From positions 4,739 to 68,738 of the forward strand of contig JAVZPM010000003.1 in assembly GCA_038881595.1 (NCBI GenBank): 64,000 bases of DNA. Reading direction: 5' to 3'. Each line of letters begins with the position of its first letter. Position 1 is the first letter of the stretch. The notes beneath the pieces were generated by a model. That model did not search any database. It was not told the DNA's origin and saw only the letters and a program-made list of their open reading frames with translations. The translations under genes were made by a program, and so were the position numbers. Positions 8,997 through 18,247 of this stretch are shown here, one piece after another. The DNA comes from Candidatus Micrarchaeia archaeon (GTDB taxonomy: Archaea; Micrarchaeota; Micrarchaeia; CABMEP01).

Positions 8997-11900
8997 TTAC
9001 ATGAACTCTGCGAGATTGAACTGCTTGCTTGTTTCATCTTCGAATATAGATTGTATGTCTCTTTCAAGAAGCTGTATTCTTTGTCTTAGATAATTTGGAA
9101 GATTATATTCATCTATCAAATTCTTGGTTATCTTAAGATACTTTTCTATTCCACCTCTATTCACGGTCAATAGAAGCTTGCCTCCACACCTTGTGCATTT
9201 TCCTGATAATGGAACTCTTCTATATTTCATATTGCAATCCACACATCGAACTTGCTGTGTGCTAAAGGAACGCAGGTTGCCATAGAGATCTGGAAGAAAG
9301 TGACTCATTATAAGACGCTCAGCAGCATCTCTTGCATCTACTGCTGCGATTTTCTTTGCCAATCCTAATTGTGCATTTATTTTGTCTTTCATTGATTTAA
9401 GATACACATATTGAGTTGTAAGTGCACCGTTATTCATATCTGGAGTATGATGGGTGAACCATAAATTATACTTTTCATTTTCCTTTCCTAATCTATCTGA
9501 AACAGTCTCAATCTTACATTCAGAAGGATGCGCAAATCTCCAAGTTGCTTCATAAAATGAAGATGGGAATCTTTGTACCACTTCCAATGCATGCACCTGA
9601 TCATCAACCTCCGAAGGATCAATTTGGGTCATCATAACAATTGGTGCATCCATCTGTCCTCCTCTTGTGACTGGAAGGTAATGCCTTGAAAAGTTTAACA
9701 ATCCATCCATAAGAAGCATTATTGCATTCTCATCTCCATCACAATTGTGAGATAAAAGCATCCCCTTTCCACAGGCAAATATCTTATCCTTATCTGATTC
9801 CAACTGAATATCATAAACGTATTGTTCAGGCAGGCGTGACGAATCAAGATATTCCAATGATTTTATTTTCAAAACTCTGATGTCTTTTTCTGATTTGATG
9901 TGTCTCCTAACTGTATTTAGTACCTTGTCTGTCTCTTTATCTTGTTTGGTTAATTTCTCTATCGATTTCAATTTTCTGCCTTTTTCACCGATCAGCTTAA
10001 TTTTAGAGGCGATCTTTTTAGAATCGATTGAATATAAGCATACATAGTGCAGAGTAGTTTTTGGTGGCTCTCTTCCTAATTTCTGATATCTATCTATTAA
10101 GAACTTGCTTGTGGTTGGTCTGTCTTTTTCAATCTTTAATGTTGGTGACAATCCTAATCTAGTCAGTAGGAAATACATTTTGGAGGCAAGCTTTTCTGAC
10201 ACGGTGCAATACTTTACTTCACAATCATATACATTACCATCACCTTGATAGCATCCTCCTAAGAAAGCATAAATCTTTTCTTCGGGAAGATTAAATATCC
10301 AATCTGGAATGTCTTTAGTATATGCATTATTTCCAAATTTAAGCTTTTCAGTAAAGAGTTTGTAGTATATTTTGCTTGTAATATAAACTCCTTTTTCATC
10401 TTCATATACAGGAACTTTTAGTGAGCGAATTATACAATTCTTAATATCCTGTCTAATTATTGGATCTGAAGCAGCTATACCTATATGATAGGATTCTTTG
10501 CCCGTTTTACTTGAACGCCATGCCCATCCTTCCGATATGTAATATCCAAATAATCTGAGCAATTTGTCTGTAATTTTTATTCTTAAAGGAACTTTACCGA
10601 AGTTTCTCTTGAAACCTAACCAAAAATTGTTTTCGCCTTCTTGTTTCAATTTCACATAAGAATACAATGGAATGCTGTAAGGAGCTCTATAAAAGCTATT
10701 AATTATCTGTCTCTTCGACATATTAAGGTATTCTCCTAGAGTTTTTAGATTTTTACCAAATCGCTTAATAACTTTTTTAGCAAATGACTTACTTGTTCTA
10801 ACTGTCATTTTTACTGATTCTTTATCTTCCAAGAAAAACTCGATTAGATCCAATTCGTCTAATTTATTGACTTTATTTAGTTCATTGTTTAGCGTATTTT
10901 CTAAATTAACTTTATTCAATGAAGCAAGTAAATCATTCTCTGATAACTCTCTTACTCGTTTCTCTTTAAGTTGCTTTGTTTTTGGATCAAATACCCAAAC
11001 TCTATGGTCTGGAGTAGCGATTATCTCCTGATTATTCTGTGCAATAATCTTTACTAACTGCCCAGAATAAGGCTTTCTCATTATGAACTTTATTTTCTTT
11101 TCTTCCGCATTTCCATTTATGTCTGTACCTAACGCAAATACATTTTGATCTGTGAGATCAATCAACTCCCATTCTCCATCAATTATCTTTGGTAAGTCTG
11201 GCCTCTTGGAATATTTAATAAACATTTCTGAGATGGTTGATGAATGTAGCTCTTCATCGTTTTTATAGTACATCATTGTATTTCCTTCTAGACAGTCACG
11301 ACGACTTGCTGCGAATAGATATGGATGTGCATAACATACATGCGCTTTTGTTGTTCCTATTATTCTGCTAGCAATACCACATGAAGTATGTGGAGATAGC
11401 TCTATAACTAAATGACCTATTAAGTCTCTGTCTTCTTTCAAATTATAATATGGAGAAAGGCCGTAGATCTTGACCAATTCATCATCTATAAATCTTGCAA
11501 CCCTTGCCATGTATTTAAGACATCTCTCTGATACTATCATATCATGTGGAAGAAGTTCCACAAGCTGGTCCTCACTCTTTAGTTCATTCCCATATGCATC
11601 TTTGAGATAACCTAGCTCTCTGAGCTTTGAAACTGGAGTTCCTATTTCACGTGGATAAAAGTGAGTGACTGGAACATTTGTTGCATCGAATCTACATGTC
11701 CCATCTTTGAAAACAGAAACATCATGGACTGCTCTTAATATTCCTTTTTCTAAAGGCTCTGGAATCTTCAATTCGCTTACCAAGCCGTTCACGCATTTCA
11801 CTTCTTCCGGAAGTACTTTTGTTTTAGCTGCTGCCTCTTCTACAATCTCAACTATATTTATTGGTCTTGAATCATAGAAAACTGTCTTTGATTTTATTTC

Positions 11901-14027
11901 TTTTCCTGGCTTTGACTGCATGGTAGAGCAGATATGGAATTCTGTTGCTGACGGTTTACCGCACTTGCTGCATATCCTTTCAGGCTTTGTCTGCTTTCCG
12001 CATCTTTGACATTTTCTTGAGAACGACAAACCGCCACAGAATGGACAGCGCATTCTTGCAATTTCTACTGTGACATCGTATTTAAGTTTCCTTGCCTTTG
12101 CATCTTTATATGCCTTGATTATGTTACGTGTCTTGCCGCCTGAATTCCCAATTGGAAATAGAGAATGAACAGCAGGTTTCATATGTCGTTCTCTTGATTT
12201 TTCAGGCCTTCCCATTCTGCTTCCTATCCAAGTACCTGCCTTGTCTCTAATTTTTATTCCTGAAAGAATTGAAACTAAATCAACAGAACTTTCTTTTTCT
12301 TCATCTGACTGAAGTTTTGAGTAATCATCTATCTTTTTCATAAGAGAATTTACTAATGATTGATCTGGTTTTTGTCCTGGGTGCAAACCTAAAGAGATGA
12401 AAATTGATTTTGCATTTTCTCCTTCAATTATTATCTGATCTCTTTCTACTCTGTGAGGAACTAAGAGTTTTTCAAGAATAATTTTTGCAGGATTATATAC
12501 TACTCTAAGCTCTTTTGGATTAAGAGGATTTAATAAATCTGATTTCCATTCACCTGAAGAAAGCCAATGTATTAATTCCTTAACTTCATCATTTGATATA
12601 TTAGACCAGAAGAACGTAAATTTTGGATGTAAAGGAATGCCTGTCTCCTTTGAGATCTTTAGTGCAGTATCAAAATCAACTTTATATGGATCTATATTAG
12701 AATAAGTATTCTTCAGTTCTTGTTTCAATTCAACTGCATCCCTTAATTCCTCAAGCCACCATTCCTCATTATATCCTGCTGGAAGCAGGGGTGAATTTGA
12801 TTTAAGGAAATCACCGTATGAAACAAGAATGTCTCCTATGAAAAGAACTGTATGTACATTATCCTTTATCTTTTCTGCATGCTCTCTTGATTCCACTCTA
12901 ACAACTGAACCATCTTTAAGTTTCACAACCGGTGGTTCGATTGTCTCGCAAGGAGTGAGAACACATCCCTTTCCAGGTCTTTCAAGCTTGAATTGAGTTC
13001 CTATTGCTGGAAATGAATCAAGTATTATCATTGTAGCAGGATGTATTCCCTTTGCCATGAATCCGCTAAGCCTTGTTCTTCCGTATCTTAATCTGAATCC
13101 TCCAAATCGAGATGGATATGCAATTACTGGCCTACCTGCTACAACCTCTTCGATGTATTTTGGATTTGGCTCGATCTTCGTAACCTTTGCCTCCTTTGCC
13201 TTTGGTGCTTTTATAACTGATTCAAGCCAGCTCCAATCGATTCCAAGCTTCTTTGCCTGGCCAAGAACCTTTGCTGCCTTTTGGGCAATTCCTTCACAAA
13301 GGACAAGGACCATTCCTCCTCTTATCCTGTTTGTCTCTATCCCAGGTACATTTCTATATGCACCCACTTCAAAATCCTCTGTTGGATCTCCTGTCACGCA
13401 TACTGGACAATTTCTCACTATGTGCCTAAATTCATCATCTGAAGGCTTGTATTGCAATCTTGCTGCCCTCGCATCATAAAGTTCCATCTCCTCAAGATAT
13501 CGTTCAACAGCGGTGTCTGTAGGTCTCCATTCTGCAAGGCCGATCTTTCTTCTAAGAAAATCTGCCAAGAGAACGCTAAGCGCTGCTGCAGTTCCTCCTG
13601 CAGATCTTATTGGGCCTGAATAATAAACAGCAAGATACTCTGTGCCATCCTGATTCTGATGAATTTTAACACTTGAAATTCCTTCTGTAGGAGCAACTAG
13701 AACTCCTTCTGTAAGAACTGCTGTACCTGTCCTTAATGCCTGCTCTATAAGCTTCTCTTTTCCACCAAAATCTCCGAATTTTCCTTCGATTACTGCCTCT
13801 GCTGCCATGAATGCGATCTGTGTTCTTGATTTATCATGTGGCAATGAACGTATGTATTCTGCAATTCCTTTTGGACCTACAATTCCCTCCACTCTGGCTG
13901 CAAGATCAGGAGCTGGTACTATCTCAACCGAATCTAAAGGATCGATACCTTTCTTCCTTGCCTCTGTTGCAATCTCGTATATCTTTGAAATTTGTGACTT
14001 CATGTATTCGTCTGCAGAATTAATCAT
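8997..14027 (-). CDS. polC: DNA polymerase II (PolD) large subunit DP2, interrupted by one intein
   Basis: Full-length DP2-like sequence (GPIRSAGGTAAA, GFRLRYGRTR, Cys-rich zinc fingers CPFCG...CQRCG and C-terminal CVDCN...CTRCGG). The listed ORF starts at 14096 inside DP1; ATG at 14027 lies 4 nt after the DP1 stop and is the likely start. Extein is about 1160 aa. Confidence 0.93.
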   Translation of the reverse strand: MINSADEYMKSQISKIYEIATEARKKGIDPLDSVEIVPAPDLAARVEGIVGPKGIAEYIRSLPHDKSRTQIAFMAAEAVIEGKFGDFGGKEKLIEQALRTGTAVLTEGVLVAPTEGISSVKIHQNQDGTEYLAVYYSGPIRSAGGTAAALSVLLADFLRRKIGLAEWRPTDTAVERYLEEMELYDARAARLQYKPSDDEFRHIVRNCPVCVTGDPTEDFEVGAYRNVPGIETNRIRGGMVLVLCEGIAQKAAKVLGQAKKLGIDWSWLESVIKAPKAKEAKVTKIEPNPKYIEEVVAGRPVIAYPSRFGGFRLRYGRTRLSGFMAKGIHPATMIILDSFPAIGTQFKLERPGKGCVLTPCETIEPPVVKLKDGSVVRVESREHAEKIKDNVHTVLFIGDILVSYGDFLKSNSPLLPAGYNEEWWLEELRDAVELKQELKNTYSNIDPYKVDFDTALKISKETGIPLHPKFTFFWSNISNDEVKELIHWLSSGEWKSDLLNPLNPKELRVVYNPAKIILEKLLVPHRVERDQIIIEGENAKSIFISLGLHPGQKPDQSLVNSLMKKIDDYSKLQSDEEKESSVDLVSILSGIKIRDKAGTWIGSRMGRPEKSRERHMKPAVHSLFPIGNSGGKTRNIIKAYKDAKARKLKYDVTVEIARMRCPFCGGLSFSRKCQRCGKQTKPERICSKCGKPSATEFHICSTMQSKPGKEIKSKTVFYDSRPINIVEIVEEAAAKTKVLPEEVKCVNGLVSELKIPEPLEKGILRAVHDVSVFKDGTCRFDATNVPVTHFYPREIGTPVSKLRELGYLKDAYGNELKSEDQLVELLPHDMIVSERCLKYMARVARFIDDELVKIYGLSPYYNLKEDRDLIGHLVIELSPHTSCGIASRIIGTTKAHVCYAHPYLFAASRRDCLEGNTMMYYKNDEELHSSTISEMFIKYSKRPDLPKIIDGEWELIDLTDQNVFALGTDINGNAEEKKIKFIMRKPYSGQLVKIIAQNNQEIIATPDHRVWVFDPKTKQLKEKRVRELSENDLLASLNKVNLENTLNNELNKVNKLDELDLIEFFLEDKESVKMTVRTSKSFAKKVIKRFGKNLKTLGEYLNMSKRQIINSFYRAPYSIPLYSYVKLKQEGENNFWLGFKRNFGKVPLRIKITDKLLRLFGYYISEGWAWRSSKTGKESYHIGIAASDPIIRQDIKNCIIRSLKVPVYEDEKGVYITSKIYYKLFTEKLKFGNNAYTKDIPDWIFNLPEEKIYAFLGGCYQGDGNVYDCEVKYCTVSEKLASKMYFLLTRLGLSPTLKIEKDRPTTSKFLIDRYQKLGREPPKTTLHYVCLYSIDSKKIASKIKLIGEKGRKLKSIEKLTKQDKETDKVLNTVRRHIKSEKDIRVLKIKSLEYLDSSRLPEQYVYDIQLESDKDKIFACGKGMLLSHNCDGDENAIMLLMDGLLNFSRHYLPVTRGGQMDAPIVMMTQIDPSEVDDQVHALEVVQRFPSSFYEATWRFAHPSECKIETVSDRLGKENEKYNLWFTHHTPDMNNGALTTQYVYLKSMKDKINAQLGLAKKIAAVDARDAAERLIMSHFLPDLYGNLRSFSTQQVRCVDCNMKYRRVPLSGKCTRCGGKLLLTVNRGGIEKYLKITKNLIDEYNLPNYLRQRIQLLERDIQSIFEDETSKQFNLAEFM
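9744..11294 (-). mobile_element. Intein (517 aa) with LAGLIDADG homing-endonuclease domain inside PolD DP2
   Basis: Host sequence reads ...AASRRD|CLEGNTMMYY...GMLLSHN|CDGDENA. This gives Cys1, block B TPDH (IIATPDHRVWV), terminal HN and +1 Cys. Two LAGLIDADG motifs: LLRLFGYYISEGWA and IYAFLGGCYQGDGNV. Confidence 0.9.
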
Positions 14028-14031
14028 ATTA

Positions 14032-15519
14032 TCACTCAAATGCAACTTCACTTGTTGAGAAATCAACATGCGAAACTCTTGCATTATGCATGTCATAAAT
14101 TCCCATTATTGCAGGTGTTGGGCTAAAACCTCTTCTTAACTGCCATGCAGTTGTCTTGTCAATCCATGTTCCTCCATTCATTATTACACAACCTCTATAC
14201 TCTCCATATCCTATCTTATGGATGTGGCCTGTAAGAAACATGTCTATCTCTTCTATAAACATGTAATCTTGATGCTCAGGGACAATCATACTCTTATCAA
14301 ATATTGGAGACATGCTTCTTGTCTTTAAAAGTTCTATTGCAATTTCTTCCGGTCTTGCAAGTGATAATCCTTGAACATCCTGAACTAAGGATTCCATTGT
14401 ATAACCATGATACATTTGTACCTTAAATCCTTCAATATTCATGAATGCAGGATTTCCAACTGAATATGTTCTTCCGTCTCTTGCAAGCATATCTTCTCCT
14501 AAAGAGGGCTGAGGCTCTGCATGCCTTACTGCATCGTGATTTCCTGGAATTGCAATTATCTTTATATGATCTGGCACAAGCTCTAGGAACTGATTGAGAA
14601 CTTTATATTGCTCGTAAACATCTTTTATAACGAGCTCTTTATCCTGATTTGGATAGATACCGATCCCATCTACTAAATCACCGCCTAGAAGTAAGTAACC
14701 TACTTTTTCCGCCAATTCTTTATGTGGTCCTGAACCGTTAAGCCATTTGATCATATTTTCAAAATTCTTTGCCATAAAGTGAGAGCTTCCAACATGTATA
14801 TCTGATATGAATGCGATGGCCATTTCCTTTTCTATCTTTTTCTTTTCTTTGAATGGAAGATCAGGCCAGGTAACATCTGCAAGAATGTTAAGGTTGGTTC
14901 CTTTCTTAATGTCGAATGCTAGAATCTCGTCATTAACGATCCTGTTGCTTTTTTCAAATAACTGTTTGTTATCCTGATTGTTAAGGACAAGAACAGTTAA
15001 TTGGCCAGTTGGATCTTCTATCTGAAGCATTATGTGCTTATTCTTTGTAATTGTTTTTGCAGAAACTATTCCTATAACTCTGACAGTGTCTCCAACCTTA
15101 ACATCTCCGAATTTCTCTATATCAATCAATGGAAATTTCGCATTTGTTCTGGATACAAATAGATCCCTTATTTTCCTGTATCTGTCATTGAAATATTTTA
15201 CAAAATCATCCAACTCTCCCTTGCACTTTGATTTTCCAGTGATATCATGATCTTCGTAAATTCTGAACTCATGGCCATATTCCTTTGCCGTGGGATGAAA
15301 ATCTGAAGAGCGTTTGACTTCAACAAAATCTGGCTTTTTGATTTGGTTGGTCAATTCTCTTATGTCTGTTTCTGAAATAAAAGGAGAAGGAAGTGCTGCT
15401 ATTTTCTCTATTATCTCTGTTATTTGTTCGTCTTTAAGTTCTTTTAATGCCTCTGCCGCACCAGGCTTCAGAAGCTTATTCTTCTGCCTGACTAGGCGAT
15501 TGATTTCTTGAATGTCCAT
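14032..15519 (-). CDS. polB: DNA polymerase II (PolD) small subunit DP1 (Mre11-like 3'-5' exonuclease)
   Basis: OB-fold region followed by calcineurin-like phosphoesterase motifs ISDIHVGS, GDLVDGIGIYPNQ, IPGNHDA and TGHIH. Immediately upstream of DP2. Confidence 0.92.
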   Translation of the reverse strand: MDIQEINRLVRQKNKLLKPGAAEALKELKDEQITEIIEKIAALPSPFISETDIRELTNQIKKPDFVEVKRSSDFHPTAKEYGHEFRIYEDHDITGKSKCKGELDDFVKYFNDRYRKIRDLFVSRTNAKFPLIDIEKFGDVKVGDTVRVIGIVSAKTITKNKHIMLQIEDPTGQLTVLVLNNQDNKQLFEKSNRIVNDEILAFDIKKGTNLNILADVTWPDLPFKEKKKIEKEMAIAFISDIHVGSSHFMAKNFENMIKWLNGSGPHKELAEKVGYLLLGGDLVDGIGIYPNQDKELVIKDVYEQYKVLNQFLELVPDHIKIIAIPGNHDAVRHAEPQPSLGEDMLARDGRTYSVGNPAFMNIEGFKVQMYHGYTMESLVQDVQGLSLARPEEIAIELLKTRSMSPIFDKSMIVPEHQDYMFIEEIDMFLTGHIHKIGYGEYRGCVIMNGGTWIDKTTAWQLRRGFSPTPAIMGIYDMHNARVSHVDFSTSEVAFE

Positions 15520-15706
15520 AAAATCACTGATGCTTACGCATCAAAACACGCGCATAAGACGCAGTGTCACAAAAGAATAATATGTTATTGCAGCTATGTA
15601 TTTTTATATCTTGTCTAAGTTCGCTTCTAGTGATTATTTTATAAAAATATTAACGGTTAGGTTCAGAAAAAAGAAAGATTAAATACTCTTAACAATAAAG
15701 AATATT

Positions 15707-17053
15707 ATGGCCCAACTGACAATAGAACCAATAAAACAAGATGTTTATTTAGAACAAGCAAAGAAAGTATTTGAATCCGCAAACATAAAGGCAAATGAAA
15801 ATGAAATTAGAAAGATACAGGAATTTCTGAAAAAAAGTGACAGATGGGTTTCATCACAAATAAACCTAACAAAAATTTTATTGAATACCAAGGACAAAGA
15901 ACTGCTTTTGAAGATTATTGACACTATTGACAAATTAGACACCAATTCAAAAATTAAAGGACAGCTATTGAGTGGAATTGCAAATCTTTCTGATGATAAA
16001 GTTAAAAGTGAAATAAATGCAGCTGTTTATTACATCCAAACTGAAGAGATGAATAATATAATTACTAATTATGAAAGCATATGCGGATTGGATGAAATTG
16101 TTTTTAGAATAGGAAGGATTGGGATAAGAAAGAACAAGAGGGAAGTGAAAGAGATAATGAAGATTTTTAGTGAGAAAGAAACTGTGGATGCAGTAAAGAA
16201 ACTAACTGAAAAACACAAAGACGCTGAACAGAAAGTAATTGCTGTAGGAGAAGTCATTCACTTGATATCTAATTCAGAAATTAAGGATTTCATAGAATTA
16301 AGAAAGAATATTGCTGATATAGTGCCTGTAATAAAAGAAGAATACAATATAACTCATTTCGGAAGGCATTCTTCAAGATTCATTTTTCAGCTATATAACT
16401 ATGCAATAGGCACTATTAACAATGAAAGTGAAAAAGAGGGAATTGGAAATAGTAAAAAAGAAAAGAAAAAGGAAAGAATTTTTATATTCGCTTATTCTTA
16501 TTCTGATCACAATGGTGCGTTCTACAGCGACTCAAAGCATAACGATGCATTAAGCAAATATGGAAAGACCATCGCGATAGAGGCGAGTAGTGATGTTGAA
16601 CTCATGCTGATGATTGAAAAAATGTACAAGAAACATGGCTCTTTCAATGGTATTTTTATTGCAGGGCATGGAGAGCCAACAAGAGTAAAATTAGGAAAGG
16701 ATGATATGCCTTACTCTCTTTTTGATGTCAGCGACTATGATATTATGTCTAAGATAGGAAGCATGATTGATAAAGAGGATAAAAACAGCTTTATTGCGCT
16801 CATATCCTGTTCAACTGGAAATGAGCAAAGCACAAGATCTCTGGCAAATATAATGGCATCGGCAGCAAATGTACCTTATGTCTATGCGCCAGAAGACAGT
16901 TTTACAAAGTATAGTCTAAATATTGAAGAAGAAAATAAAGAAAAAAAGAAAAAAACAGGCCAAAAAATAACGGAAGAAAGAATAACAGTAGCTTATTATC
17001 ATGAAAAAGGAACGGTACAGACAATGGAATTTGGAATCAAAAAAAGAGAATAA
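15707..17053 (+). CDS. Hypothetical protein: helical N-terminal region plus C-terminal alpha/beta domain with caspase-like His/Cys dyad
   Basis: C-terminal pattern RIFIFAYSYSDH ... GIFIAGHGEPTRVKLG ... FIALISCSTGNE ... VPYVYAPED (strand-His-Gly, then strand-Cys). TTAAATA box about 25 nt upstream of the ATG and no SD, suggesting a leaderless mRNA. Confidence 0.6.
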   Translation: MAQLTIEPIKQDVYLEQAKKVFESANIKANENEIRKIQEFLKKSDRWVSSQINLTKILLNTKDKELLLKIIDTIDKLDTNSKIKGQLLSGIANLSDDKVKSEINAAVYYIQTEEMNNIITNYESICGLDEIVFRIGRIGIRKNKREVKEIMKIFSEKETVDAVKKLTEKHKDAEQKVIAVGEVIHLISNSEIKDFIELRKNIADIVPVIKEEYNITHFGRHSSRFIFQLYNYAIGTINNESEKEGIGNSKKEKKKERIFIFAYSYSDHNGAFYSDSKHNDALSKYGKTIAIEASSDVELMLMIEKMYKKHGSFNGIFIAGHGEPTRVKLGKDDMPYSLFDVSDYDIMSKIGSMIDKEDKNSFIALISCSTGNEQSTRSLANIMASAANVPYVYAPEDSFTKYSLNIEEENKEKKKKTGQKITEERITVAYYHEKGTVQTMEFGIKKRE

Positions 17054-17123
17054 AGGATGGAGAGAATAAGGTCAAGATTAAAAAATAATAAATTATAGGA
17101 ATAATATAGCTAGAAAATAAAAT

Positions 17124-17390
17124 CTAATTAGAAATAGATTCTAATGCAGAAAGAATTTGCCAAACTTGAGTTCTTGCATGCTGAGGAAGATTTATATCTT
17201 CGCTTATTTCTTGAATGTAATAAATAGCTGCTCCTGCTCTGATTGTCGGGTCTCCTTTCTCCGTCAATCTCTTTTTTGCATCCTCAATTGCTTTCTTTAC
17301 GTTTCTTGGGACACTCACATCTTCGAGCATAAGATCTATGAGTGAAATTATCTGTGAAATTTTTTGTTCTTTATCATTCTTCTTAGGCAT
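17124..17390 (-). CDS. UPF0147-family small archaeal protein
   Basis: 88 aa. LEDVSVPRNVKKAIEDAKKRL ... AIYYIQEISEDINLPQHARTQVW matches my recollection of the UPF0147 family. SD GAGGTGG. Confidence 0.6.
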   Translation of the reverse strand: MPKKNDKEQKISQIISLIDLMLEDVSVPRNVKKAIEDAKKRLTEKGDPTIRAGAAIYYIQEISEDINLPQHARTQVWQILSALESISN

Positions 17391-17424
17391 GAAACCACCT
17401 CGGATGCCATTTAGATTGACTAAG

Positions 17425-17573
17425 CGGGCCCAGAGGGATTCGAACCCTCGACCTTCAGCTCGCTTCGAAACTTTCTCGTTAAGAAAGTTTCATCAAAGAA
17501 TTTCTGATGAAACTCTTTTCTTAAAAGAGTTTCTTAGAAGGCTGCCGCTCTATCCAGACTGAGCTATGGGCCC
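17425..17573 (-). tRNA. tRNA-Arg(UCU) with 74-nt intron at canonical 37/38 position
   Basis: Minus-strand read: GGGCCCA-TA-GCTC-AGTCTGGATA-GAGC-G-GCAGC-CTTCTAA...[intron]...A-GCTGA-AGGTC-GAGGG-TTCGAAT-CCCTC-TGGGCCC-G. All arms pair except the 27:43 G-A. Confidence 0.85.
17461..17534 (-). other. tRNA-Arg intron (three stem-loops, hBHBh' splice motif)
   Basis: Anticodon stem / 3-nt bulge CGA / 4-bp helix CUUC:GAAG / 3-nt bulge UAA / helix GAAAC:GUUUC. Internal hairpins: AAACUCUUUU-AAG-AAAAGAGUUU, CAUCAGA-AAUUC-UUUGAUG (contains a G-U pair only valid on the minus-strand RNA), and AAACUUUCU-UAACG-AGAAAGUUU. Confidence 0.75.
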
Positions 17574-17669
17574 ATGAAATATAATACATAATTGCATTAA
17601 AAATACTAACAATTATTAACTGTTTAAATTTAAAAAGATTAGTATTTTGACATTTCAATTGTTGTATTG

Positions 17670-18194
17670 TTATTTTTTCCTTGACTTGTATGCTGCTACA
17701 ACTATTTCTGCAATCTGTTCAGGCGTAAATTTCTCTGTGTTTATTTCAAGATCGAAATTTGAATGTTCGAAAATATCTATTCCATACAATGCAAGGTATC
17801 TTCCTCTATTGTGATTGTCTCTCTCTTGAACGTGCTTCATTGCCTGTCTTAATCCCATTCCATCTCTTTTAGAAATCCTTTCAGCTCTTACCTTTTGAGA
17901 AGCAGACAACCAGACTCTTAATTTTGCCTCTGGCAGAAGCCATGGGCCTAGCCAAGTTGAAATTACTGAGTCTGATTTCCTTGCCTCCTTTGCAACCATC
18001 TTGTCAAATTCTCTGTCGATAGTAAGGTCTTTTTCAACATATGCATGATACTCCATAAGTGATATACCCATCTGCTTTGCTGCATCCTTAAATGAAAGTT
18101 TTACTCTATTAAAACCTAGTTTTTTCGCGACGAGATCTGCTACTGTATCCTTTCCTGACCCAACCAATCCGCTTATACAGATTATTTCAACCAT
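17670..18194 (-). CDS. cmk: Cytidylate kinase, archaeal type
   Basis: P-loop ISGLVGSGKDTV. Conserved position after adk/DUF106 at the end of the archaeal spc-like operon. Confidence 0.85.
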   Translation of the reverse strand: MVEIICISGLVGSGKDTVADLVAKKLGFNRVKLSFKDAAKQMGISLMEYHAYVEKDLTIDREFDKMVAKEARKSDSVISTWLGPWLLPEAKLRVWLSASQKVRAERISKRDGMGLRQAMKHVQERDNHNRGRYLALYGIDIFEHSNFDLEINTEKFTPEQIAEIVVAAYKSRKK

Positions 18195-18247
18195 ATAATC
18201 TCCTCTCTTTGAAAAACATTTAGAAAAATCGGATTAAAAATAAGAAA

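Noticed and set aside
14028-14096. N-terminal 23 codons of the DP2 ORF (MTCIMQEFRMLISQQVKLHLSDN).
   Set aside because: They overlap the DP1 coding end in another frame. ATG at 14027 gives the conserved DP2 N-terminus 4 nt after the DP1 stop.
17461-17534. C/D-box sRNA embedded in the tRNA-Arg intron (contains UGAUGA).
   Set aside because: The nearest CUGA is 31 nt away and lies in the exon. There is no 12-nt box spacing and no D'/C' pair.
17338-17562. 74-aa plus-strand ORF.
   Set aside because: It lies antisense across the tRNA-Arg gene and its intron. It has no SD and a non-protein-like sequence.
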